Positions 1 to 8,772 of a stretch of DNA of 32,000 bases are shown one piece after another. The notes below the pieces were generated by a model. It saw only the letters and a program-made list of their open reading frames with translations, made no database searches and was not told the origin of the DNA. Each line of letters starts with the position of its first letter. Positions within the stretch are counted from its first letter, which is position 1. The stretch is from Patescibacteria group bacterium (GTDB lineage: Bacteria > Patescibacteriota > Patescibacteriia > 2-01-FULL-39-33): positions 120,001 through 152,000 of the forward strand of contig JBAZMW010000002.1 in NCBI GenBank assembly GCA_041649575.1. The letters are read 5' to 3'. The translations under genes and the position numbers were made by a program.

Positions 1-65
1 AAAAAGCCGGTTTTTTATCTTTGACTCAACAAGAAGGTTTTATTTACCTTTATTTTTTTGCCCTC

Positions 66-94
66 TTGACAAGCTTTTTTGTTTGCCTTATTAT
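66..94 (+). promoter_or_regulatory. Sigma70-type promoter of hrcA cluster
   Basis: TTGACA (66-71), 17-nt spacer, TATTAT (89-94), just upstream of the CIRCE element and hrcA. Confidence 0.8.
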
Positions 95-99
95 TAAAA

Positions 100-126
100 T
101 TAGCACTCTAATATTGAGAGTGCTAA
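100..126 (+). promoter_or_regulatory. CIRCE operator (HrcA binding site)
   Basis: Perfect TTAGCACTC-N9-GAGTGCTAA inverted repeat immediately upstream of hrcA. Confidence 0.97.
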
Positions 127-138
127 TTAAACCAAACC

Positions 139-837
139 ATGGCCGACAGAAAAGACAATCTATTTAAAATTATTGTCGAAGAGTATTTAAATTCGGCCAA
201 TCCCGTTGGCTCTTCTTTGGTGGTAGAAAAATATTTTCCGGATTTAAGCTCCGCCACCATCAGAAACGAAATGGCCGAATTGGAAGAAGCCGACTTAATT
301 TATCAGCCACACACTTCGGCTGGCCGCATTCCCACCATCAAGGGTTATCAATATTATTTGGACAAGTTTGTCGGCGCTGGAGAGCTAAACGCCAAACAGC
401 GAAAGAATTTAGATAAGCTTAGGTCTGAGCTCAAGGCCGATCAAGAGAGTATAAAAGTTTTGGCTAAGAATTTAGCCGAGTTGTCCCGGGAAGCTGTCTT
501 GATTGGTTTTGGTCCGCAGGATGTTTATTACACCGGTATCGCCAATCTCTTCCGTCAGCCGGAATTTTATCAACAGGCCCTGGTCTATTCCATGTCGGAA
601 ATAATCGACCATCTCGATGAAGTGATGTTTAAAATTTTTACCAAGATAGATGCCCGAGCCAAAATTTTACTGGGAGCCGACAATCCTTTTGGTGAAGCGT
701 CGGCCGTCATTTTAGGGCAATACCGCCTGAAAGGACAGCCGGGACTGGTTGGCATTTTGGGGCCGAGTCGCATGAATTATGCTAATAATTTAGGACTAAT
801 AGACTATACCCAACAAATTATTGGATCCTTAAAATAA
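139..837 (+). CDS. hrcA: Heat-inducible transcription repressor HrcA (short form, 232 aa)
   Basis: N-terminal winged-helix motif SSATIRNEMAELEEADLIYQPHTSAGRIPT; CIRCE upstream; followed by grpE and dnaK. Confidence 0.93.
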   Translation: MADRKDNLFKIIVEEYLNSANPVGSSLVVEKYFPDLSSATIRNEMAELEEADLIYQPHTSAGRIPTIKGYQYYLDKFVGAGELNAKQRKNLDKLRSELKADQESIKVLAKNLAELSREAVLIGFGPQDVYYTGIANLFRQPEFYQQALVYSMSEIIDHLDEVMFKIFTKIDARAKILLGADNPFGEASAVILGQYRLKGQPGLVGILGPSRMNYANNLGLIDYTQQIIGSLK

Positions 838-843
838 TTAATT

Positions 844-1344
844 ATGAGTGAAAACCAAAAAATAGCCGAACTTCAAGAGGAAGTGGCCAAGCTAAAAGAA
901 GCCTTAACCCTGGCCGAAGGGCAATCGCAGGAACATTTGGCTGGTTGGCAAAGAGCTCGGGCCGATTATTCAAATTTTAAAAGAGAACAGGAAAAGCGTC
1001 AGCAAGAAGTGGTTGAGTTTGCCAACGCCGTTACCTTGGCTGAGATTTTGCCGGTTTATAGCCATTTTAAGTTGGCCTTAAAACACATTCCTCAGGAACA
1101 AAAAAAAGAAGCCTGGGTAGAAGGTATAATCCAAATTGGCAAACAATTTATTGATTTTTTGAAAAAATTCAAAATAGAAGAGATTAAAACCATAGGGGAA
1201 AAGTTTAATCATGAATTTCATGAAGCTGTAGTTCACGAAGAAAAAAATGGCTTTGAGTCGGACGTGATTTTTGAAGAGGTGAGTCCGGGCTATTTGTTGG
1301 CCGGCAAAGTCTTGCAGCCGGCTAAAGTCAAAGTAGCAAAATAA
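844..1344 (+). CDS. grpE: Nucleotide exchange factor GrpE
   Basis: Coiled-coil N-terminus, RARADYSNFKREQEK, EKFNHEFHEAV, SPGYLLAGKVLQPAKVKVAK; chaperone cluster context. Confidence 0.95.
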   Translation: MSENQKIAELQEEVAKLKEALTLAEGQSQEHLAGWQRARADYSNFKREQEKRQQEVVEFANAVTLAEILPVYSHFKLALKHIPQEQKKEAWVEGIIQIGKQFIDFLKKFKIEEIKTIGEKFNHEFHEAVVHEEKNGFESDVIFEEVSPGYLLAGKVLQPAKVKVAK

Positions 1345-1350
1345 TTTTAA

Positions 1351-1370
1351 AATTTTAGAATTCTAAAATT
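1351..1370. promoter_or_regulatory. Perfect 20-bp palindrome between grpE and hsp20 (possible operator)
   Basis: AATTTTAGAATTCTAAAATT is exactly self-complementary; no T-run follows, so it is a poor terminator candidate. Confidence 0.35.
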
Positions 1371-1480
1371 ACTGCCGTGCTGGTCTGCCGGCAGCAGGAA
1401 GATTTTATAAATATTAATTCGCTTATTCGCTTTGTCTGTAAATTTTTATAGGCAAGCATAGGCGGCAAGGAGACAAAGAT

Positions 1481-1903
1481 ATGGCCTTAATAAAATGGAC
1501 ACCATTTCCTTTTGCCGAACCATACGACGAAATGGACAAGTTTTTTGAATCTTGGCCGGCTTTAGCCAATAACTTCACCCCGGCTATTGATGTCTATCAG
1601 GATAAGGAGGCGGTGATCGTCGAAGCGCCCTTGGCTGGCATCGATCCGGAAAAAATAGACATTGCTATCGAAAACGATGTTTTGACCATCAAAGGCGAAA
1701 ATGAGAAAAAATCAGAGGTGGATGAAAAAAATTATTATCGCAAAGAGGTGCGTCATGGCAGTTTTTATCGAGCGGTGCAATTGCCAACCCGTGTTGCTGG
1801 CGATGCGGCTCAAGCCACTTATAATAAGGGCATCCTAACTATCCGGATTCCCAAAAGCCCGGAAGCCAAGCCCAAGAGCATCAAAGTTCAAATTAAAGAT
1901 TAA
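1481..1903 (+). CDS. Small heat shock protein, Hsp20/alpha-crystallin family
   Basis: VEAPLAGIDPEKIDIAIENDVLTIKGE, GSFYRAVQLP, YNKGILTIRIPK; SD AAGGAG upstream of ATG. Confidence 0.95.
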   Translation: MALIKWTPFPFAEPYDEMDKFFESWPALANNFTPAIDVYQDKEAVIVEAPLAGIDPEKIDIAIENDVLTIKGENEKKSEVDEKNYYRKEVRHGSFYRAVQLPTRVAGDAAQATYNKGILTIRIPKSPEAKPKSIKVQIKD

Positions 1904-1916
1904 TATTTTCTTTTTG

Positions 1917-1940
1917 AGGCGAGAAAGGCCTTTCTCGCTT
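1917..1940. terminator. Palindromic hairpin between hsp20 and dnaK
   Basis: Perfect GCGAGAAAGGCCTTTCTCGC palindrome at 1919-1938 with a T-rich flank on its 5' side. Confidence 0.45.
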
Positions 1941-1977
1941 CTGATGGATAAGTATTAAATTAAAAATAACCAAAAAT

Positions 1978-3888
1978 ATGCCAAAAATTTTAGGAATCGA
2001 TCTGGGAACTACCAATTCCTGTATGGCCATCATCGAGGGTGGCCAGCCGAAAGTTTTAGAAAATAAAGAGGGAGCCCGCACCACGCCCTCCATTGTCGCT
2101 CTGGCCAAGAACGGCGAACGTTTGGTTGGTGTTGGCGCCAAGCGCCAAGCCGTCACCAATCCGACTAACACCTTATTTTCCATCAAGCGTTTGATCGGGC
2201 GTAAATGGGATGACCCGGAAGTGCAAAGAGATTTGAAATTAATGTCTTATGAAATCAAGCAAGCTGGCGGGGGAGTCAAGATTGTCATGAATGGCAAAGA
2301 ATACAGCCCGCAAGAAATTTCCGCCATGGTTTTGCAAAAATTGAAAGAAGATGCCGAGGCCAAGCTTGGCGAAAAGATAACCGAGGCGGTTATTACCGTG
2401 CCTGCCTATTTTGACGACAGCCAGCGCCAAGCCACCAAAGACGCCGGAGAAATCGCCGGGCTGACGGTCAAAAGGATTATTAACGAGCCGACCGCTGCGG
2501 CCTTGGCTTATGGTTTTGAAAAGAAAAAAGGCCAGCAAATCGCGGTTTATGACTTGGGTGGCGGCACTTTCGACATTTCTATTTTGGATGTGGCGTCAGA
2601 TACGGTGGAAGTCAAATCTACCAACGGGGATACGCATTTGGGCGGTGACGATTTTGATCAAAAAATCATGAATTATATTTTGGACGAATTCAAAAAGCAG
2701 GAAGGCCTTGATTTGTCCAAAGACGTCACAGCCTTGCAGCGTGTCAAGGAATCGGCCGAGAAAGCCAAGATAGAATTATCCACTCAAATGGAGACCGAGA
2801 TTAATCAGCCTTTTATTACTCAAGGAGCCGATGGCAGTCCCAAACACTTGACCATGAGGCTGACCCGGGCACAACTGGAGGGTTTGGTTGTGGATTTGGT
2901 AGACCAAACCTTTGAGCCGGTTAAAAAGGCTTTAAGCGATGCCGGCATGAAGACTTCCGACGTCGAAGAGGTGGTTTTGGTTGGTGGCATGACGCGTATG
3001 CCTCTGGTACAGAAGAAAGTGGAGGAGTTTTTTGGCAAAAAACCAAATATTAGCGTTAATCCCGATGAAGTAGTGGCCATGGGAGCAGCGGTTCAAGCCG
3101 GCGTGCTGCAGGGCGATGTCAAAGACGTCTTGCTGCTGGATGTCACTCCTTTGACTTTGGGTATCGAGACGTTAGGCAGCGTCATGACCCCGCTCATCGA
3201 AAGAAACACTACCATCCCTACTTCTAAGAGCCAGGTGTTTTCCACGGCCGCCGATAATCAGCCGAGCGTGGAAATCCATGTGCTTCAAGGCGAACGGCCG
3301 ATGGCCCATGACAATAAGACGCTGGGCCGATTCATCCTAGACGGTATACCGCCGGCTCCTCGCGGCGTGCCGCAAGTAGAAGTCAGTTTTGATATCGATG
3401 CCAATGGCATTTTAAATGTTAAAGCCAAAGACAAAGCCACTGCTCGCGAACAGCATATTACCATCACCGCTTCCTCCGGTCTGTCCAAAGACGAGATTGA
3501 GCGCATGAAACGTGAGGCGGAAATGCACGCCGATGAAGACAAAAAGAAAAGAGAAGTCATTGATCTGAAAAATCAAGCCGAGAGTTTGATTTTCACCACC
3601 GAAAAAACTCTAAAAGATGCCGGGGATAAAGTTGATGCCGCTACCAGAAAAGATATTATGGATAAAGTCGAGGATCTAAAGAAAGTCAAAGAAGGTGAGG
3701 ACAAGGATTTGATTAAGCGCAATTACGACGCTTTAAGCGAAGCGATTCAGAAGGTTGGCGCGGCCATGTACCAATCGGCCGGGGCCAGTCAGGCTGGAGG
3801 CGGCGCAGCGCCCCAAGAAGAAACCGCAACCGAAGGGGGGCAACAGCAGGGCCCAATTGAAGGTCAATACGAAGAAGTGAAAAAATAA
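1978..3888 (+). CDS. dnaK: Molecular chaperone DnaK (Hsp70)
   Basis: [48 protein letters not shown]; full length 636 aa. Confidence 0.99.
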   Translation: MPKILGIDLGTTNSCMAIIEGGQPKVLENKEGARTTPSIVALAKNGERLVGVGAKRQAVTNPTNTLFSIKRLIGRKWDDPEVQRDLKLMSYEIKQAGGGVKIVMNGKEYSPQEISAMVLQKLKEDAEAKLGEKITEAVITVPAYFDDSQRQATKDAGEIAGLTVKRIINEPTAAALAYGFEKKKGQQIAVYDLGGGTFDISILDVASDTVEVKSTNGDTHLGGDDFDQKIMNYILDEFKKQEGLDLSKDVTALQRVKESAEKAKIELSTQMETEINQPFITQGADGSPKHLTMRLTRAQLEGLVVDLVDQTFEPVKKALSDAGMKTSDVEEVVLVGGMTRMPLVQKKVEEFFGKKPNISVNPDEVVAMGAAVQAGVLQGDVKDVLLLDVTPLTLGIETLGSVMTPLIERNTTIPTSKSQVFSTAADNQPSVEIHVLQGERPMAHDNKTLGRFILDGIPPAPRGVPQVEVSFDIDANGILNVKAKDKATAREQHITITASSGLSKDEIERMKREAEMHADEDKKKREVIDLKNQAESLIFTTEKTLKDAGDKVDAATRKDIMDKVEDLKKVKEGEDKDLIKRNYDALSEAIQKVGAAMYQSAGASQAGGGAAPQEETATEGGQQQGPIEGQYEEVKK

Positions 3889-3900
3889 TTTTATTATTGT

Positions 3901-3936
3901 TATGTTAAGGGCAGGCCATGGCCTGCCCTTAACATA
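3901..3936. terminator. Perfect 36-bp palindrome downstream of dnaK (probable bidirectional terminator)
   Basis: TATGTTAAGGGCAGGCCATGGCCTGCCCTTAACATA, 18-bp arms with no mismatch, directly after the dnaK stop. Confidence 0.7.
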
Positions 3937-3945
3937 AAAGAAAAA

Positions 3946-3972
3946 CGCCTCACCTATGACAGCGTGAGGACG
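3946..3972 (-). terminator. Terminator-like hairpin of the minus-strand 80-aa gene
   Basis: On the minus strand CGTCCTCAC ... GTGAGGCG followed by TTTTTCTTTT. Confidence 0.5.
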
Positions 3973-3997
3973 TGTACTTGCAAGGACAACGGCATGG

Positions 3998-4240
3998 TCA
4001 TTCCCCGTCAGGCAGACTTTGTCTGGCCGAGATGCCCATACCCACGCCCAGCCGATGCGTTTCATTGCGAATCTGACCCGGGCTAGTGGCTTCACCGGTA
4101 AATCCGAGATAAAACCCACCCCACCAGAGGGCAGCGGCGTTATTCCTGGTCATTTCATCTGGGAGCAGACTGGGGCACCCGGGTGCGTGGTGGAAGTCTT
4201 GGTCGAGGTTGCAGAATCGGCATGATGGTGACTGTGACAT
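3998..4240 (-). CDS. Orphan 80-aa small protein with Cys/His zinc-binding-like motif
   Basis: MSQSPSCRFCNLDQDFHHAPGCP... plus ALWWGGFYLGFTG; SD GGGAGG upstream of ATG; exact consensus promoter and a terminator hairpin on the same strand. Confidence 0.75.
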   Translation of the reverse strand: MSQSPSCRFCNLDQDFHHAPGCPSLLPDEMTRNNAAALWWGGFYLGFTGEATSPGQIRNETHRLGVGMGISARQSLPDGE

Positions 4241-4305
4241 AACTGAACCTCCCTAGTCATGTAGTTTCGCCAAGCAGAAACTGAAAGGACAATCGCTAAC
4301 TTTTT

Positions 4306-4334
4306 ATTATAGATTATAAATTTATTTTTGTCAA
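4306..4334 (-). promoter_or_regulatory. Consensus sigma70 promoter for the 80-aa minus-strand gene
   Basis: Minus strand TTGACA (4334-4329), 17-nt spacer, TATAAT (4311-4306), about 65 nt upstream of the ATG. Confidence 0.8.
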
Positions 4335-4336
4335 AC

Positions 4337-5254
4337 ATGAAAGTGGGCATACCCCGAGCCGGGCTGTATCATCTTTTTCACCCTTTTTGGTCGGAGTTTT
4401 TTTCGTCCTTGGGTTTTGAGGTGGTAATCTCGGCAGCTACCGACAAAGAAATATTAAGCCAAGGCCTAAAAATTGCTAACAGCGAGATGTGTTTGCCCAT
4501 GAAGATAATGTATGGCCACATTTTGTCGCTTAAAGACCGATGTGATTTTTTGTTTCTGCCGCAACTGGGAGCAGCCAAATGGGGCCAGGCCAAGCCTGGC
4601 ACCAGCACCTTTTTTTGCCCTTATTTTGTCGGTCTGGCCGATTTGATGGCGGCCGAGTTTCCTCAAATGAAGTTTTTTCGTCCCCAGATTTCTTTTTGGG
4701 ACAATCTTTTTCAGGCCGCCGATTGGCTGGAATTCGCCCGAGAAATCGGTTTTGCTCCGGCCGCGGCCAAGAACGCCTTTTCTCGAGCCGAAAAAGCCTA
4801 CGAGGTTTTCCGGCAACAGCAAATAAAAGAAGCGCCTTTACCTCGAGACAAAAAAATCGCGCTGGTGGGCCGGCCTTATCTTATTTATGATCACCAGGCC
4901 AATCTGGATATTATCAAAAAAATTAATCAGCGGGGCTATCAGGTGGCGACGGTAGAGATGATCCCGGATTCCGACTTAAAAACAGCTTGGCTCAAGTTGC
5001 CTCCCGATTTTGTTTCCCATTGGTATCTGACCAATAAAACCTATGGGGCCATAAATCATTTTTCCCAAAGGCCGGATATCTCTGGTATAATTTTTTTGGT
5101 GCCCTTCAATTGCGGCCCTGATTTTTTGGTGGAGTATCTGGTTATCCAGAAAGCCAGAGCGCATAAACCCATTACCACCATCTCCATCGATGAGTCCACG
5201 GGTGAGGCCGGTTTGCTTACCCGTCTAGACGCTTTTATCGATATCCTAAAATAA
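4337..5254 (+). CDS. 2-hydroxyacyl-CoA dehydratase-like / activase-associated Fe-S protein (COG3580/DUF2229-like)
   Basis: MKVGIPRAGLYHLFHPFWSEFFSSLGFEVV, NSEMCLPMKIMYGH, LVPFNCGPDFLVEYL; start placed at ATG 4337 rather than TTG 4328. Confidence 0.85.
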   Translation: MKVGIPRAGLYHLFHPFWSEFFSSLGFEVVISAATDKEILSQGLKIANSEMCLPMKIMYGHILSLKDRCDFLFLPQLGAAKWGQAKPGTSTFFCPYFVGLADLMAAEFPQMKFFRPQISFWDNLFQAADWLEFAREIGFAPAAAKNAFSRAEKAYEVFRQQQIKEAPLPRDKKIALVGRPYLIYDHQANLDIIKKINQRGYQVATVEMIPDSDLKTAWLKLPPDFVSHWYLTNKTYGAINHFSQRPDISGIIFLVPFNCGPDFLVEYLVIQKARAHKPITTISIDESTGEAGLLTRLDAFIDILK

Positions 5255-5258
5255 ATCC

Positions 5259-6347
5259 ATGAAGTACGCTTCTTTGCCAGGACTAAATTCATATCTAGCC
5301 ATGAAGACCATGATTCGTTATTTTGGTCATGATTTTGTCGAGATGCCAGATATCAACGAAGAAATGCTCAGCTGGGGATCGGCCCAATCGCCGGAATACG
5401 CTTGTCTGCCTTTCAAAATTTATTTAGGTTTTTTTAGGAAACTGACAGAGCAAAAAATAGACCGAGTTTTTATTTATGGTTCTCGGGACAGGCGCGCTTG
5501 CCGGTATCTGGATTTATGCAACGGCATTGCGCAGATATTGCGCGACCATGGTCTGACCAAGATGGATGTTCATTTTTGGGGCGGCTATGGTCTGTGGCAG
5601 GGACTGGTGGATTTTAAAAAAGCAATGGGCAATCCTTCCTGGCTGAAAGTGATTAACGGCATTATCATTCATGGCTCGACTTTAACCGCTGTCGATGAAT
5701 TGAACGATTTGGCCAACTGGGCGCGGCCGCGGGAAACAGTAAAAGGTTCAGTAGATGTTTGGCTAAAAAAATGGTGGCAAATCATGGGTGAGTCTTTGAG
5801 TCGTCGCAAAATAAAAGAAGCTCTAATCTTGGCTAAATCAGAATTCGCCCTGATAAAATTAGATGATTCTCGGCCGATTATCAAGGTGGCTTTAATTGGC
5901 GATTTATTTAAAATTCATGAACCCTTTTTTCACTTTGATACTATTAGAAAACTAAACAAAATGGGCGTTGAGGTAAAGCAATCCCAAGCTTTTTCTTTGC
6001 TCTTTTTTGGTACTACCAATTTGCCCTCGCGGGCTCATTACCGCGAGCTATATGCCGCTTATCGACAAAAAGCTCAAAAATACCTAAAATCAGTGCCAGC
6101 CTCTTGCATTGATATCAGTGTTGGCGAGACCATTGATCAGCTGGAGCAAGGCGCCAAAGGCATTGTTCATTTTCAGTCTTTTGGTTGTATGCCCGATATC
6201 ATGTTAAAGCCGATTTTGGATCGGGTGGCCAAGGATTTTAAAGTGCCGATCATTCATTATTTACGCGACGTTCATTCTTCTGACGGAGCTTACCAAACCC
6301 GACTGGAAGCTTTTGTCGATTTAATAAAAAGAAAGGGAAAAATATGA
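5259..6347 (+). CDS. 2-hydroxyacyl-CoA dehydratase-like second subunit (COG3581-like)
   Basis: SPEYACLPFKIYLG, HFQSFGCMPDIMLKPIL, GAYQTRLEAFVDLI; adjacent to the COG3580-like and activase genes. Confidence 0.83.
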   Translation: MKYASLPGLNSYLAMKTMIRYFGHDFVEMPDINEEMLSWGSAQSPEYACLPFKIYLGFFRKLTEQKIDRVFIYGSRDRRACRYLDLCNGIAQILRDHGLTKMDVHFWGGYGLWQGLVDFKKAMGNPSWLKVINGIIIHGSTLTAVDELNDLANWARPRETVKGSVDVWLKKWWQIMGESLSRRKIKEALILAKSEFALIKLDDSRPIIKVALIGDLFKIHEPFFHFDTIRKLNKMGVEVKQSQAFSLLFFGTTNLPSRAHYRELYAAYRQKAQKYLKSVPASCIDISVGETIDQLEQGAKGIVHFQSFGCMPDIMLKPILDRVAKDFKVPIIHYLRDVHSSDGAYQTRLEAFVDLIKRKGKI

Positions 6348-7315
6348 ACCAAAAAATTTATCTGGGTATTGATGTCGGTTCGGTAAGCTGCAATGTCGTT
6401 GCTCTTAGCGAAGAGAGCCGAGTTTTGGCAAAAGTCTATATTCGCACGCAAGGTGATCCGATTCAGGCGGTGAAAAGGGGCTTACAGGAAATTAGAGATC
6501 AGGTCAACGAATTTACTGTTGCCGGCGTGGGCACTACCGGTAGCGGCCGGACTTTGGCCGGAATTTTGGCCGGAGCCGATGTCGTCAAAAACGAGATCAC
6601 TAGTCACGCTCTGGCTGCCGTGCACGAAGTGCCAGGAGTCAGGACGGTTTTGGAGATTGGCGGACAGGATTCCAAAATAATTATTTTGGATGATGGGGTG
6701 GTGGTTGATTTTGCCATGAATACGGTTTGCGCCGCTGGTACCGGATCTTTCTTGGACCAGCAATGCGGCCGTCTGGGTATTCAGATAGAGGAATTCGGCG
6801 ACTTGGCCCTGAAATCCAGCACCAAAATCAATATTGCCGGCCGCTGCACCGTTTTTGCCGAGTCCGATATGATTCACAAACAACAACTGGGCGCAAAACG
6901 CGAGGATATTATGCGCGGCCTGTGCGAATCACTGGTCAGAAATTATTTAAGTAACGTGGCTAAGGGCAAAAATATTTTAGAATCGATTGTTTTTCAAGGG
7001 GGAGTGGCCGCCAATAAATGTATTAAGGCCGAGTTTGAAAAAGCGTTGGATAAAAAATTGATTATCCCAGAAAATTTTGATGTCATGGGAGCGATTGGCG
7101 CCGCCTTGTTGGCTCGGGAAGCCGAAGTTGAAAAAAGCCGGTTTAAGGGATTTGATTTGATTGAGACTGATTTTCAGACTACCGCCTTTCAGTGTTTCGA
7201 CTGCGCTAACAAATGCGAGGTTATCGAATTTAAGGAAAATGGCGCAGTCATCGCTCGCTGGGGCGACCGTTGCAATAAATGGAGCGACGACCCGGGTCGT
7301 CAGCCGGAAAAATAA
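6344..7315 (+). CDS. BadF/BadG/BcrA/BcrD (HgdC)-type ATPase, CoA-substrate-specific enzyme activase
   Basis: YLGIDVGSVSCNVVAL, GTTGSGR, EIGGQDSKIIIL, NTVCAAGTGSFLDQQ, NIAGRCTVFAESDM, Cys-rich tail CFDCANKCEV; overlaps the previous ORF. Confidence 0.93.
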   Translation: MNQKIYLGIDVGSVSCNVVALSEESRVLAKVYIRTQGDPIQAVKRGLQEIRDQVNEFTVAGVGTTGSGRTLAGILAGADVVKNEITSHALAAVHEVPGVRTVLEIGGQDSKIIILDDGVVVDFAMNTVCAAGTGSFLDQQCGRLGIQIEEFGDLALKSSTKINIAGRCTVFAESDMIHKQQLGAKREDIMRGLCESLVRNYLSNVAKGKNILESIVFQGGVAANKCIKAEFEKALDKKLIIPENFDVMGAIGAALLAREAEVEKSRFKGFDLIETDFQTTAFQCFDCANKCEVIEFKENGAVIARWGDRCNKWSDDPGRQPEK

Positions 7316-7355
7316 ACTTGGCAATTTTATCGATAAATAAATAACAAACAAATTT

Positions 7356-7643
7356 ATGGAAAATCAAAATCAACAACCGCAGGAAATAAAAATTACTGAT
7401 AATTTTGCCGGCGGTGAGTATGCCAACGGCATGCAAATTTCTTATAACAAAGAAGAATTCCTCATTTATTTTTTCAATATTATGCCGCCGGCCGGCCGCG
7501 TTTGCGCCAAAATCATCACCAGTCCCGGACACCTCAAGAGAATGGCCGCTGTTTTGGAGGACAACTTAAAAAAGTATGAGAGTCAATTTGGTTCTGTCTC
7601 TGTAGCCGAGAATCCCAAAGACGGTATCGGTTTTAAAGTTTAA
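7356..7643 (+). CDS. DUF3467-like small protein
   Basis: Compact 95-aa [60 protein letters not shown]. Confidence 0.75.
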   Translation: MENQNQQPQEIKITDNFAGGEYANGMQISYNKEEFLIYFFNIMPPAGRVCAKIITSPGHLKRMAAVLEDNLKKYESQFGSVSVAENPKDGIGFKV

Positions 7644-7648
7644 CTTTT

Positions 7649-8758
7649 ATGGCCAAAGATTACTACGACATTTTGGGGGTTTCCCGGTCGGCTTCTCCGG
7701 AAGAGATCAAAAAAGCTTTTCGCAAATTAGCTCACGAACACCATCCCGACAAAGCCAACGGCAATGCGGAGAAATTCAAGGAAATCAACGAAGCCTATCA
7801 GGTTTTGAATAACCCGGATAAAAGAAAGCAGTACGATCAGTTCGGCTCGGCTTTTGGCGGCGCCGGTGCCGGTGGTTTTAATTACCAAGATTTTGGCCGG
7901 GCGGCCGGCGGTCCTTTTGGCCAGGGCGGTTTTTCCCAAGACGGAATTAGTTTTGACTTCGGCGATCTTGGTGATCTAGGCGATCTTTTCGGCGGTTTTG
8001 GCAGTTTCTTTGGCGGTGGCAACAGGACAGCCAAAAAAGCAGTCAGAGGCGAAGACGTGGAAATAGAACTAACAATAGAGTTCGAAGAAGCGGCTTTTGG
8101 TGTTGACAAGGTAATTGACTTGCAGAAGCAGGTTGTTTGCGAGCATTGCCATGGCTCGGGAGCCGAGCCGGGCGCCAAGATTTCCGTTTGCGCTACCTGT
8201 GGCGGCACCGGAAAAATAAACCGGGTTCAACAAACGATTTTGGGAAATTTTCAAACTCAGACTGTTTGTTCGGATTGCCAGGGCGAAGGGCAGAAATATG
8301 AAAAAAAATGTTCCACCTGTCACGGCAGTGGTGCGGCTTATGGTTCGGAAAAAATCAAAGTTAAGGTTCCGGCCGGTATCGATGACGGCCAAACAATAAA
8401 ATTATCAGGCCAAGGAGAGCCGGCTCCCAAAGGCGTGCCTGGCGATCTTTATATTCGTATTAAGGTCAGACCGAGCAAAATTTTTAGACGACAGGCTGAT
8501 AATATTTTTTCAGAAAAACATCTTTCCCTTAAGCAGGCGATTTTTGGCGATAAAATAGAAATCGAAACCGTCGACGGCCTGGTCAGCCTAAAAATTCCTC
8601 CCGGGACCCAAAGTCATACGGAATTTCGTCTGCGCGACAAGGGCGTCTATCACCTCAAGGGTCGCGGCCGAGGGGATCATCTGATCAAGATAATTGTTGA
8701 CATCCCTAAGAATCTTAGCCGCCAGCAGAAAAAAATACTGGATAGCTGGGAAAAATAA
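7649..8758 (+). CDS. dnaJ: Chaperone protein DnaJ
   Basis: J-domain [33 protein letters not shown] region, four CxxCxGxG motifs ([32 protein letters not shown]). Confidence 0.98.
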   Translation: MAKDYYDILGVSRSASPEEIKKAFRKLAHEHHPDKANGNAEKFKEINEAYQVLNNPDKRKQYDQFGSAFGGAGAGGFNYQDFGRAAGGPFGQGGFSQDGISFDFGDLGDLGDLFGGFGSFFGGGNRTAKKAVRGEDVEIELTIEFEEAAFGVDKVIDLQKQVVCEHCHGSGAEPGAKISVCATCGGTGKINRVQQTILGNFQTQTVCSDCQGEGQKYEKKCSTCHGSGAAYGSEKIKVKVPAGIDDGQTIKLSGQGEPAPKGVPGDLYIRIKVRPSKIFRRQADNIFSEKHLSLKQAIFGDKIEIETVDGLVSLKIPPGTQSHTEFRLRDKGVYHLKGRGRGDHLIKIIVDIPKNLSRQQKKILDSWEK

Positions 8759-8772
8759 TTTATTTATAAAAA

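Noticed and set aside
139-837. HrcA as a frameshifted pseudogene because it is shorter than usual
   Set aside because: The frame is intact, with CIRCE upstream and a normal stop before grpE; compact HrcA is plausible in a reduced genome.
2239-3560. Several minus-strand ORFs inside dnaK (2239-2538, 2820-3080, 3285-3560)
   Set aside because: Antisense to a full-length, unambiguous DnaK; low-complexity translations typical of mirror ORFs.
4019-4225. Plus-strand ORF of 68 aa downstream of dnaK
   Set aside because: TTG start with no good SD or promoter; fully antisense to the 80-aa minus-strand ORF, which has promoter, SD and terminator.
4337-7315. A true 2-hydroxyglutaryl-CoA dehydratase fermentation operon
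   Set aside because: No CoA-transferase, dehydrogenase or decarboxylase neighbours; sequences match the COG3580/COG3581 activase-associated type instead.
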